From Candidatus Omnitrophota bacterium (GTDB lineage: Bacteria > Omnitrophota > Gorgyraeia > VGKH01): a DNA stretch of 64,000 nt. The notes beneath the pieces are model-generated. The model was not told the origin of the DNA, made no database searches, and worked only from the letters and a program-made list of their open reading frames with translations. Below are positions 15,243 to 24,564 of the stretch, one piece after another. The stretch is from the NCBI GenBank assembly GCA_022703055.1, contig JAKLEP010000001.1, positions 474,850-538,849 of the forward strand, given 5' to 3'. Position 1 is the stretch's first letter. Every line of letters begins with the position of its first letter. The position numbers and the translations under genes are program-made.

Positions 15243-15878
15243 ATGAAGATCAGATTAATTTTGGTTCTATTATTATTTTTCCCGTTGTTTGTTTTCGCCG
15301 AGGAATTAAAACCGATTAATTTGCCTGCGCCTAATACAAAAGGCGGCAGGCCTCTGATGCAGGCTTTGAAAGAAAGAAAAAGCCAGCGCGAATTCAGCTC
15401 TAAAGAGCTGCCGATCCAAGTTCTTTCGGACTTGCTTTGGGCGGCAAATGGTATAAATCGTCCGGAAATTTCACACCACACTGCGCCGACGTCAATGAAT
15501 ATGCAGGAGATTGATATTTACGTGGTAAAATCCGACGGAGCATATCTTTATGATGCCGAGAATAACGATCTTATTCAGATTGTTTCTGGTGACATCAGGT
15601 CTCTAGCAGGAAGCCAGCCGTTCGTTAAAGATGCGCCGTTGAATCTTGTTTATGTTGCAGACCTTTCTAAAATGAGCAGAATTTCTATACAGGAGAAGGA
15701 TTTCTATTCTGCTACCGACACGGGTTTTATCAGTCAGAATGTATATCTGTTTTGCTCATCAGCCGGTTTAGCCACGGTCGTACGCGGCTGGGTTGACAAG
15801 GTAGCTTTAGCCAAAGCGTTGAAGCTGCGTCCCAATCAGAAAATTATCCTCGCCCAAACCATAGGCTATCCCAAGTAA
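15243..15878 (+). CDS. Nitroreductase family (SagB-type) protein with N-terminal signal sequence
   Basis: RKSQREFSSKELPIQVLSDLLWAANGINR. ATG 15243 follows AAGGTGA. The hydrophobic N-terminus is unusual for this family. Confidence 0.7.
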   Translation: MKIRLILVLLLFFPLFVFAEELKPINLPAPNTKGGRPLMQALKERKSQREFSSKELPIQVLSDLLWAANGINRPEISHHTAPTSMNMQEIDIYVVKSDGAYLYDAENNDLIQIVSGDIRSLAGSQPFVKDAPLNLVYVADLSKMSRISIQEKDFYSATDTGFISQNVYLFCSSAGLATVVRGWVDKVALAKALKLRPNQKIILAQTIGYPK

Positions 15879-15883
15879 CAAAT

Positions 15884-16294
15884 ATGCTGATAAAGAGAAT
15901 ATTGCTATTTTTGATATGTGCGTTGGTTCTCGGCTGCCAAAGGCAAGAAACTGCCGTACTGATAGAGATAAAAAATCTGATAGTGGAAGGCAAGACCACC
16001 GAGCAGGAAATTCTGGAGATTTTCGGAAAACCGACCAGTATAACCAGCCTGCCTCGTTTTCAGCTGGTATCCAAAGACCTGAATATCCCCGACGAGTTAA
16101 AGAGCCGCCTGATTTCTATCGAAAACAATATGCCGTCCAGGCTTAAAGGCGGCGAAATCTGGAACTACACGCAAATCAATATTCAAAAAGGCCGCGTCTT
16201 TAATACGTTGTCATCTGCTTATTTGACTGTAATATTTGATTTAGATGGCGTAGTTTCCGGATACCACTTCAAGAGCGCCAGGACCAGATATTAA
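15884..16294 (+). CDS. Putative lipoprotein
   Basis: Lipobox LVLGC near the N-terminus; no family recognised. Confidence 0.5.
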   Translation: MLIKRILLFLICALVLGCQRQETAVLIEIKNLIVEGKTTEQEILEIFGKPTSITSLPRFQLVSKDLNIPDELKSRLISIENNMPSRLKGGEIWNYTQINIQKGRVFNTLSSAYLTVIFDLDGVVSGYHFKSARTRY

Positions 16295-16320
16295 ATTTTC
16301 TTACAGTAAAAATATTTTAT

Positions 16321-17730
16321 ATGAATATACTATTTGTTACATCAGCTGCAAGTAAAGTATCTCCGTTTTTTATGCTGGAAAAGAGGCCGCCGCTGGGGTT
16401 GGGGACGCTTATTTCCATAGTCAGAAATCATGGGCATAAGGTTTTCTTTATCGACAACTTTCTTGATCCTTCCGGTTTTATCGAGGACGGTTTTATCCAG
16501 AAAAATAAAATTGATTTTGTAGCCGTTTCTGTAAATACCGTTTGCTATCGGGAAAGCTTAAAGATGCTGAAGAAGATTGATAAGTTGCGCAGGGAAAAAC
16601 TCTCTAAAGTAAAAATAATCGTCGGAGGTCCGCATACTTCGGTAGCTCCTGATTCCATCCCCGGCTTCGTGGATTACATTGTCCAGGGCGAAGGCGAAGA
16701 GGTGATTTTGGATATAATCAATGGCAACGTAAAAGAGAGGATGATAAAGAAACCCCGTCTTAAAGATTTGGATTCGCTTCCTTTTCAGCCGTGGGATATT
16801 CTTTCCAAATTAGCTTATAACTATCAGGCACCGTTTTTTGGTAAGGATACAAAGCCTGTTTTTACCATGAATACCAGCCGTGGCTGCCCCTTGAATTGCG
16901 CCTTTTGTTCGGTTGCGTCTATTTGGGGAAAAGAGTATACCTTTTTTAGCGCGCAGAGAATCATTTCGGAAATAGAATATCTAATCAAGAATTACGATGC
17001 CAAAGGAGTTTTCTTTAGAGAAGATAATTTTACATTAAATACCGCAAGGACAAGAGAATTTTGTGATGGCCTTATAAGACAAAAGATTGAGATTCCTTGG
17101 ATGTGCGAGTCAAGGGCGGATGATTTATGCGATGAAGATCTGGTTAAATTGATGAGCAGCGCCGGTTGCGCTGCTGTATATCTGGGAATCGAGAGCGGTA
17201 GCCAAAGAATCTTAGATGCACTGCATAAAGGCATTACCATTGAGCAGATAAAGAAGGCGATCGGTCTATGCAAAAAGTATGATATCAAAACTTACTGTAG
17301 CCTAATGGTGGGTTTGCCCAATGAAACTTATGAGGATTTCTTGCTCACGCGAAGATTAATGGAAGACTTAAGCCCTGATATTTACAGATTTTCTGTCTTT
17401 GCAGGAGTCCCCGGTAGCCCTCTTTATAATTCGCTGCGGGAAGATAGGTCTTATGAACATATTGATGACCTAGGTATCTTATACTTGCCGGGCTATGATG
17501 TGAAGGCAAGATTTTTTTATAGAATAAATAGCGGAAGTCTTGTAAAATATAGATTCCGGCAGAGGACAGATTACGATAAATGCCTGCTTCGGGAATTGCG
17601 CTTAGAGAGAATTGACAAGATAGTCAATTGCGCCGACAGAATAATGCCTTTTTTACCCTTATTTCTAGCAAAAGCTATAACAAAGATTAAGTTAACATTG
17701 AAAAACATTTTATTCAGGATTTTTATTTAA
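16321..17730 (+). CDS. B12-binding-domain radical SAM enzyme
   Basis: N-terminal Rossmann-like B12-binding region and the radical SAM motif GCPLNCAFCSV. Confidence 0.8.
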   Translation: MNILFVTSAASKVSPFFMLEKRPPLGLGTLISIVRNHGHKVFFIDNFLDPSGFIEDGFIQKNKIDFVAVSVNTVCYRESLKMLKKIDKLRREKLSKVKIIVGGPHTSVAPDSIPGFVDYIVQGEGEEVILDIINGNVKERMIKKPRLKDLDSLPFQPWDILSKLAYNYQAPFFGKDTKPVFTMNTSRGCPLNCAFCSVASIWGKEYTFFSAQRIISEIEYLIKNYDAKGVFFREDNFTLNTARTREFCDGLIRQKIEIPWMCESRADDLCDEDLVKLMSSAGCAAVYLGIESGSQRILDALHKGITIEQIKKAIGLCKKYDIKTYCSLMVGLPNETYEDFLLTRRLMEDLSPDIYRFSVFAGVPGSPLYNSLREDRSYEHIDDLGILYLPGYDVKARFFYRINSGSLVKYRFRQRTDYDKCLLRELRLERIDKIVNCADRIMPFLPLFLAKAITKIKLTLKNILFRIFI

Positions 17731-17756
17731 ATCTATTCATTTTGAAGAGGAGAATT

Positions 17757-18836
17757 ATGAGAAGAGCGCTTATTGTGGGCTTAATTTTATCAGCAATATT
17801 CGTATTTTATGGTTATGTGGTCCAGGCAGATTCGGTTTTAAAACTAGGTTTGTCGTTTCCGCCGATAAAAACCGAGAAGCACCGTGAGTTTACTCTTAAG
17901 CATCTCAGGAAACTGGGTATCGAACATATCAGATCAGCCGTGGCTTGGGAAAATATCGAACCGGTCAAAGGAAAATTTAAATGGGGTGGGCTTGATAAGA
18001 GATTACAATTTATGGAAGATAATAATTTATCTGTGTTGTTGACCATACAATCCAGCGGGCCTTCATGGGCTTGTAGTGGCCAGAAGAATCAAAAATCGTG
18101 TTTGTATAAAAATGAAGGTGACTTCAAGGCTTTTGTAGAGGCTTTGCTTTCCAGGTATTCTAATAAAATCGACAAAATACAATTCGGTAATGAATGGCCC
18201 AGTAAATGGTGGTATATAGGAGGCGCGGACGATTTTGTCAGGTTCAACAATATTTTGTATGATGCGGTAAAGAAATTCTCGCCTAAGACAAAGGTCGTAT
18301 TGGGTGGTATAAGCATCGGGCAGTTAAGGGGGCTGGCTGCCTGCGAAGGCAGCGTAGATTCTATCTTTGACGATGAGGGCAATGTTTACACAAAAAAAGA
18401 TTTATTGAAATATTGCCAATCGGATAAATCTTCCGAATTAAAGCAGAGGGTTGATTATGGATTAAAAATGGCTAAATATGATATCATTGATATCCATCTT
18501 TATGACGACCCGGAGAATTGGCATATTTATTATAATATTATAAAGGCCAAGTCGCCTGAGAAGCCGATTATAGTTTCGGAGTTCGGCGGGCCGAATGTGT
18601 TTGTCGAGAAGTATTCCGATGAATACCATGCGAAAAGAGTAGGTGATTATCTGGCAGCCTTACAGAATATGGGTATCGAGGAAGCGTATTATTTTAAGTT
18701 AGCGGGGGAAAAAGAGGGTATTGCCCATGCTAAATCAACTTTAATCGGCGGCACAAGTAAACTGCAGGAAAAGCCGGCTTATAATGTTTTTGCGGAGTTT
18801 AGCAGGGGCCTAAGGAATACTGAGGAGCAGAAATAG
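17757..18836 (+). CDS. Secreted TIM-barrel glycoside hydrolase (clan GH-A, GH5/cellulase-like)
   Basis: It has a signal/anchor sequence. QFGNEWP is the acid/base NE candidate and IIVSEFGGP the nucleophile candidate. The family call is approximate. Confidence 0.5.
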   Translation: MRRALIVGLILSAIFVFYGYVVQADSVLKLGLSFPPIKTEKHREFTLKHLRKLGIEHIRSAVAWENIEPVKGKFKWGGLDKRLQFMEDNNLSVLLTIQSSGPSWACSGQKNQKSCLYKNEGDFKAFVEALLSRYSNKIDKIQFGNEWPSKWWYIGGADDFVRFNNILYDAVKKFSPKTKVVLGGISIGQLRGLAACEGSVDSIFDDEGNVYTKKDLLKYCQSDKSSELKQRVDYGLKMAKYDIIDIHLYDDPENWHIYYNIIKAKSPEKPIIVSEFGGPNVFVEKYSDEYHAKRVGDYLAALQNMGIEEAYYFKLAGEKEGIAHAKSTLIGGTSKLQEKPAYNVFAEFSRGLRNTEEQK

Positions 18837-18888
18837 CAATGGCACATGGTACAAATCAGCCCTGGACTAGGGAATAAAGAATTTATAA

Positions 18889-19131
18889 ATGGCCGAAAAT
18901 AAACCTCAAGAGAAATGGTATTTTAGGAATTCGACGCTGGTAACGGCTTTTCTGATAGTCGGCCCTTTGGCGTTGCCGCTAGTTTGGCTTAATCCGCGCT
19001 TCAGTAAATCAAATAAGATAATCATCACTTTTATCGTGGCTGTCTTGACTTATTATTTGGCTAGCGCGACCATCTCATCAGTTAAGACAATCAGAGATTA
19101 TTATTGGCAGATACAACAAATGAGTTTTTAG
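18889..19131 (+). CDS. Small membrane protein
   Basis: 80 aa with two hydrophobic helices. Confidence 0.45.
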   Translation: MAENKPQEKWYFRNSTLVTAFLIVGPLALPLVWLNPRFSKSNKIIITFIVAVLTYYLASATISSVKTIRDYYWQIQQMSF

Positions 19132-19146
19132 TAAATCGCTATAGTT

Positions 19147-22062
19147 ATGAAAGATAAAATCCTGGAAAATTTAAACCCTGAACAGAGAGAAGCGATGATC
19201 CATGAGGCCGGGCCGCTTCTGATTATCGCCGGAGCAGGCACTGGCAAGACGGCGGTCATTACCCGTCGCATCGCCCATCTTATCGAGACCAAAAAAGCCA
19301 AGCCCGAGGAGATCCTGGCACTAACCTTTACTGATAAGGCAGCGCTTGAAATGCAGGAGCGCGTGGATATCTTGGTTCCTTATGGGTTTACCGACGCCTG
19401 GATTCAGACTTTTCATGCCTTCGGTGATAGGATTTTGAGGGAAAAAGCCATCGAACTAGGATTGAATCCCGATTTTAAAGTACTCACCCGTCCCGAGACC
19501 ATAGTATTTTTCCGCGAACATATTTTTGATTTCCCTTTGAACTATTACCGGCCGCTCAGCAACCCCACGAAATTTATCGAAGCGATGATAACTCTGTTTA
19601 GCCGCGCCAAAGACGAAGATATCTCGCCTGAAGAATATGTAAGTTTCGCCAAAAAATTACAAAAAGATGCTACAAGCAATCCTTCTGATTTGGCTCTTGT
19701 AGAGGAGGCAGATAAGCAACTTGAAATCGCTTTATGCTACAAAAAATACCAGGAGCTTCTGGCGGAGGAGGGAAAGGTTGATTTCGGCAATCAATTTTAT
19801 CTGACTTTGCAGTTGTTCCGAACGCGCCCCAGCGCCCTAAAATATTATCAAAATAAATTTAAATTTATTTTAGTTGATGAGTTTCAGGATACCAATTATG
19901 CCCAATTTGAGCTGGTTAAATTGCTTGCCGCATCTCATAAGAATTTAACAGTGGTTGCCGATGACGACCAGTCCATTTACAAATGGCGCGGAGCGGCAGT
20001 CAGTAACATTTTGAATTTTATTAAGATTTATCCGGAGGCGAAGAAGATCGCGCTCACCAAAAATTATCGTTCCACCCAGGCGATCTTGGATAGTGCCTAC
20101 CAGTTGATCCAGAATAATAATCCTGACCGGCTCGAGGTTGAAGCTAAAATAGATAAGCATCTTATCGGAACCCAGAAGGGCGGCAAAGAAGTCGAGCACC
20201 TGCATTTTGATAATGTTTCGTCTGAGGCCGATGAGGTAGCAAAGATTATCAAAGAAAAAGTTGAGAAGGGCCAATGCCGGTTTCAGGATTTTGCGATTTT
20301 AGTAAGGTCCAATTCCGACGCTGATCCGTTTTTGCGCGCGCTAAATATGTATAATCTTCCCTGGCGCTTCAGCGGAAACCAGGGTCTTTATTCACGTGAG
20401 GAAATCAAGCTCTGCATCACATTCTTGAAATTGATGGCAAGCTTGAACGACTCCATAAGCCTTTATTATTTGGCAAGCTCTGAAATTTATAAAATGCCGC
20501 TAGTGGATTTGACCTTGGCCATGAATTATTCCAGCCGTAGAAAACAGAGCCTTTTTAGCGTATTCCAGAATATCTCAACCATCGAAGAGTTAAAGTCGAT
20601 TTCTAAAGAATCGTTGGCGACCGTAGACAAGATTGTCGAAGATATCTTGCATTATCTTGAGATATCGCGCGCCCAGACTACTGGCAGATTGCTTTACAGG
20701 TTTCTTATCGACAGCGGGTATATCAATCGGTTGGTAAAAAATCCCAGCCTTGAGAATGAGGATAAGATTAAGAATATCGCCAGGTTCTTTGATATGGTGC
20801 GCAATTTCGAAATCGTGGCAAAAGAGGATCGGGTTATATATTTCGTAAACTACCTGGATATGCTTATTCAGGCCGGAGACGACCCGGCTATAGTCGAAGC
20901 CGACCTGGATATCCCGGCAATTAATGTCCTTACCATACATCGGGCAAAAGGGTTAGAGTTTGAGGTGGTGTTTTTGGTAAGTTTGGTTATGGGGAAATTC
21001 CCCTGGCCGCATCGCCACGAGATATTTGAATTACCTGACGAATTGATAAAAGATATCCTGCCTGCAGGAGACTTTCATATCCAGGAGGAGAGACGACTTT
21101 TTTATGTTGGTATGACTCGGGCGAAAAAAGAGCTTTATCTTACTTCTGCCCGGGATTACGGCACGGAAAAATTAAGAAAAATCAGCCGTTTCGTCTTGGA
21201 GGCTTTGGGAAAGCAAGAGGATGAGAAAATCAAGAAAACCGAAGCCCTGGAAGCAATCAAACGGCATGCGCCCAAAGCGGAGACAAAATTGGAAGGCATA
21301 GGAGTCATTCCTGAAGACCAGGTAATCAATCTAAGCCATTATCAGATAGACGATTTCCTGACTTGCCCGTTGAAATATAAATATGTGCATATCTTGCGCG
21401 TGCCGATTCTGGAGCACCATGTCGTCATCTATGGCAAGGCCATGCATGATGCTGTCCAGCGCTACAATCAGCATAAACTTCAAGGAATACCAATAAAATT
21501 AGATGAGATAATCAAGGTTTTTGAGAATTCGTTTAGGCCCGAAGGTTTTTTGAGCCAGGAGCATTACGAAAAGAGGCTTTTTGCCGGCAGGAGGGCGCTG
21601 GAGAATTTCTACCGTAAGCAGGAAGAAGAAAAGAACACTCCTACTCATGTGGAAAAAGAGTTTTCCTTTATGCTGGGTAATATACGTATTTCCGGCAGAT
21701 GGGACCGTGTTGATATAAAAGGAGAAGAGGTATCGATTATCGATTTCAAGACTTCGGAAGTCAAGGAACAGAAGGATGCCGACGAGAAAGCCAAGAAAAG
21801 CCTTCAACTTTCCATATACAGCCTCGCCTACAGGACAATTTTTGGCAAGCTTCCGGAGAATGTAAGGCTGTATTTTCTGGATTCAGGAATTATCGGTACG
21901 GCGAAGAAGACTGATAAGGATATAGATGCGGCTATTGAGAAGATCGATGTGGCAGCAAAAGGTATCCGCAGCGCGAATTTTACCGCCAAGCCCACATATT
22001 TTGCCTGCGAATTTTGTGCCTACAATCAGATTTGCCCAGCAGCGAATTTAAAAAAATATTAG
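19147..22062 (+). CDS. UvrD/PcrA-type superfamily 1 helicase fused to a C-terminal Cas4/AddB-like PD-(D/E)XK nuclease with a 4-Cys cluster
   Basis: LNPEQREA...AGAGTGKT, DEFQDTN and TIHRAKGLEF. The C-terminal part has FLTCPLKY, GRWDRVD...IIDFKT, QLSIYSLAY and CEFCAYNQIC. Confidence 0.85.
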   Translation: MKDKILENLNPEQREAMIHEAGPLLIIAGAGTGKTAVITRRIAHLIETKKAKPEEILALTFTDKAALEMQERVDILVPYGFTDAWIQTFHAFGDRILREKAIELGLNPDFKVLTRPETIVFFREHIFDFPLNYYRPLSNPTKFIEAMITLFSRAKDEDISPEEYVSFAKKLQKDATSNPSDLALVEEADKQLEIALCYKKYQELLAEEGKVDFGNQFYLTLQLFRTRPSALKYYQNKFKFILVDEFQDTNYAQFELVKLLAASHKNLTVVADDDQSIYKWRGAAVSNILNFIKIYPEAKKIALTKNYRSTQAILDSAYQLIQNNNPDRLEVEAKIDKHLIGTQKGGKEVEHLHFDNVSSEADEVAKIIKEKVEKGQCRFQDFAILVRSNSDADPFLRALNMYNLPWRFSGNQGLYSREEIKLCITFLKLMASLNDSISLYYLASSEIYKMPLVDLTLAMNYSSRRKQSLFSVFQNISTIEELKSISKESLATVDKIVEDILHYLEISRAQTTGRLLYRFLIDSGYINRLVKNPSLENEDKIKNIARFFDMVRNFEIVAKEDRVIYFVNYLDMLIQAGDDPAIVEADLDIPAINVLTIHRAKGLEFEVVFLVSLVMGKFPWPHRHEIFELPDELIKDILPAGDFHIQEERRLFYVGMTRAKKELYLTSARDYGTEKLRKISRFVLEALGKQEDEKIKKTEALEAIKRHAPKAETKLEGIGVIPEDQVINLSHYQIDDFLTCPLKYKYVHILRVPILEHHVVIYGKAMHDAVQRYNQHKLQGIPIKLDEIIKVFENSFRPEGFLSQEHYEKRLFAGRRALENFYRKQEEEKNTPTHVEKEFSFMLGNIRISGRWDRVDIKGEEVSIIDFKTSEVKEQKDADEKAKKSLQLSIYSLAYRTIFGKLPENVRLYFLDSGIIGTAKKTDKDIDAAIEKIDVAAKGIRSANFTAKPTYFACEFCAYNQICPAANLKKY

Positions 22063-22102
22063 CTTTTTTGCGTAATTATATTATAATATGTCTTTCTTTT
22101 GC

Positions 22103-22130
22103 TTGACTTGGAAGGCTAGTTGTGTATAAT
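22103..22130 (+). promoter_or_regulatory. Candidate promoter of rpsO-pnp
   Basis: TTGACT 22103-22108, 16-nt spacer, TATAAT 22125-22130. Confidence 0.55.
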
Positions 22131-22182
22131 ATACTCCTAGATAACAACAAATTTTTGCTTAACTTTTGGAGGTGAAGTAGTT

Positions 22183-22452
22183 TTGGTCTTACAGAAAGAA
22201 AAAAAGAACAAGTTGATCGGCGAGTTTAAGGTTCATTCAGGTGATACCGGTTCAGCATCGGTGCAGGTCGCGCTTTTGACCGAGAGAATAAACGCGCTTA
22301 CAGAGCATTTTAAATCCCACAAAAGAGATTTTAATTCCCGCCGCGGACTTCTGTGTATGGTAGGAAAACGCAGAAGGCTCTTAAATTATCTAAAGAAAAG
22401 CGACACTAAGAAATACGAAGAAATTCTCACCAAATTAGACCTTCGTAAATAG
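22183..22452 (+). CDS. rpsO: 30S ribosomal protein S15
   Basis: [41 protein letters not shown] start after GGAGGTG. Confidence 0.9.
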   Translation: MVLQKEKKNKLIGEFKVHSGDTGSASVQVALLTERINALTEHFKSHKRDFNSRRGLLCMVGKRRRLLNYLKKSDTKKYEEILTKLDLRK

Positions 22453-22467
22453 AGAGGTTATAAAAAT

Positions 22468-24564
22468 ATGGAAGTCCAACAGGTACAAATTGATTTTGGA
22501 AGGCAAAAGCTTATTATTGATACTGGTAAGATTGCCAAGCAGGCAAACGGAGCGGTCAGGGTTCAATATGGCGGAACAGTGGTTTTGGTCACTGCTTGTG
22601 CCAGCAAAGAGCCGAAAGAAGGCATTAATTTCTTCCCTTTGACGGTTGAATATCAGGAAAAGACCTACGCGGCCGGGAGAATACCCGGAGGATTTTTTAA
22701 GCGCGAAGGCCGTCCGTCGGAAGGCGAAATATTGGCTGCAAGGCTCATAGACAGGCCATGCAGACCGCTTTTCCCTGAGGGCATGACTAACGAAGTCCAG
22801 ATTATGGCTATGGTTTTATCGAGCGATGCCGAATATGATCCTGATATCTTAGCCTTGATTGGCGCTTCAACTGCTTTGTCAATATCAGATATACCTTTCA
22901 ACGGCCCCGTCGGCGCTTGCCGCGTGGGAATGGTTGAGGGCCAATTCATTTTAAATCCCAATTACGAAGAACGCGAAAAGGGCACTCTTGATCTGGTGGT
23001 TGCCGGTACCGAAGATAACGTGATTATGCTCGAAGGCAATGCCAAAGAGGTTGACGAGAAGACTTTGCTTTCCGCGGTTAAATTCGGCCACGATAATTTA
23101 AAGATTTCTATTAAGCTGCAAAAGGATTTGGTCAAACTTTGTGGCGAAAAGAAAATGGAAGTCGAGCTTAAAACTTACGATAAAGAGCTATTTAATAAAG
23201 TAAGGAAGCTTTCCGAAGAAAGATTCAACGCGATTTTTAAATTAGCCAAAAAAGAAGGAAGAGAAGAAGCAGTTGAGTTTTTAGGCAAAGAATTAATTAA
23301 AGAATTGGTACCTGCAGATCTTCCCGAATCGGATCGCAAGAAATCCGAAGGCGAAATAAAAACAGTTTTAGTGGAAGTTGAAAAAGAATTAGTCAGGGAA
23401 TTCACTCTTAAAAGCGATAAAAGGATTGACGGCCGCTCGCGCACCGATATCAGGCCGATAACCTGCGAAATCGGGGTCCTGCCGCGCACCCACGGTTCAA
23501 GCCTTTTTACCAGAGGCCAAACTCAGAGTTTGGCAGTCACTACTCTAGGCACGCGTAATGACGAGCAGATGATTGAAGCCTTAGAAGGTGAGACCTTCAA
23601 GACTTTTATGTTGCATTACAGTTTCCCGCCGTTTAGCGTGGGAGAAGTCGGTCCTGTAAGAGGCCCGGGAAGGCGCGAGATCGGACACGGAGCATTAGCG
23701 GAAAAAGCGCTCAAAGCAGTTATGCCGGAGAAAGATAAATTCCCTTATACCGTAAGAGTAGTCTCGGAAATCTTGGAATCCAATGGTTCTTCCAGTATGG
23801 CTTCGGTTTGCGCCGCAACTTTGTCGCTAATGGATGCAGGCGTTCCGATTAAAGAACCTGTTGCAGGAGTCGCATTAGGCTTAATCACAGAGAAGAACAA
23901 AACTCTGATTCTGACCGATATTTCAGGGTTAGAAGATCACTTCGGAGATATGGATTTCAAAATCGCCGGGACTAAAAACGGCGTAAATGTCATTCAGTTG
24001 GATCTTAAGGTCCAGGGAGTCGGCATGGATATAATTTCTCAAGGCCTGGATGATGCGAAAAAAGCAAGGATGGAAGTTTTGCAGAAAATGCTTGCAGTAA
24101 TTGCGAAACCCAAAGAGACGCTTTCCGATTTAGCCCCGCGCATCACTACCTTAATGATTAATCCGGAGAAAATCGGTGAATTAATCGGGCCGGGTGGAAA
24201 AACTATTAGAAAGATTATCCAGAATACCGGCGTGACTATTGATATCGAAGACGACGGCAGCGTCTTGATTGCTTCCACCGATGCCAAGGCAGCAGAAAAG
24301 GCTATTGAGATCGTCAAAAGCCTCACCGAAGAGGTCCAGGTAGGCAAGGTTTATACCGCCACCGTAAAACGCATTGTTCCTTTTGGAGCTTTTTGCGAAA
24401 TACTTCCTAATAAAGAAGGCCTGATTCATATTTCGGAACTCGCCAGCGAATATGTGCGTTCAGTTGAAGACGTCGTTAAACTTGGCGATAAGATCAAGGC
24501 TAAAGTTATAGGAATTGATGAATTAGGCAGGATTAATTTAAGTAAGAAACAAGCGGAAGAATGA
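22468..24564 (+). CDS. pnp: Polyribonucleotide nucleotidyltransferase (PNPase)
   Basis: 698 aa with two RNase PH domains plus KH (GPGGKTIRKI) and S1 domains. Confidence 0.95.
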   Translation: MEVQQVQIDFGRQKLIIDTGKIAKQANGAVRVQYGGTVVLVTACASKEPKEGINFFPLTVEYQEKTYAAGRIPGGFFKREGRPSEGEILAARLIDRPCRPLFPEGMTNEVQIMAMVLSSDAEYDPDILALIGASTALSISDIPFNGPVGACRVGMVEGQFILNPNYEEREKGTLDLVVAGTEDNVIMLEGNAKEVDEKTLLSAVKFGHDNLKISIKLQKDLVKLCGEKKMEVELKTYDKELFNKVRKLSEERFNAIFKLAKKEGREEAVEFLGKELIKELVPADLPESDRKKSEGEIKTVLVEVEKELVREFTLKSDKRIDGRSRTDIRPITCEIGVLPRTHGSSLFTRGQTQSLAVTTLGTRNDEQMIEALEGETFKTFMLHYSFPPFSVGEVGPVRGPGRREIGHGALAEKALKAVMPEKDKFPYTVRVVSEILESNGSSSMASVCAATLSLMDAGVPIKEPVAGVALGLITEKNKTLILTDISGLEDHFGDMDFKIAGTKNGVNVIQLDLKVQGVGMDIISQGLDDAKKARMEVLQKMLAVIAKPKETLSDLAPRITTLMINPEKIGELIGPGGKTIRKIIQNTGVTIDIEDDGSVLIASTDAKAAEKAIEIVKSLTEEVQVGKVYTATVKRIVPFGAFCEILPNKEGLIHISELASEYVRSVEDVVKLGDKIKAKVIGIDELGRINLSKKQAEE

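Noticed and set aside
22063-22182. AT-rich palindrome ATTATAtTATAAT upstream of rpsO considered as an operator
   Set aside because: It is a low-complexity AT sequence that overlaps a second -10-like hexamer. It cannot be distinguished from chance in AT-rich intergenic DNA.
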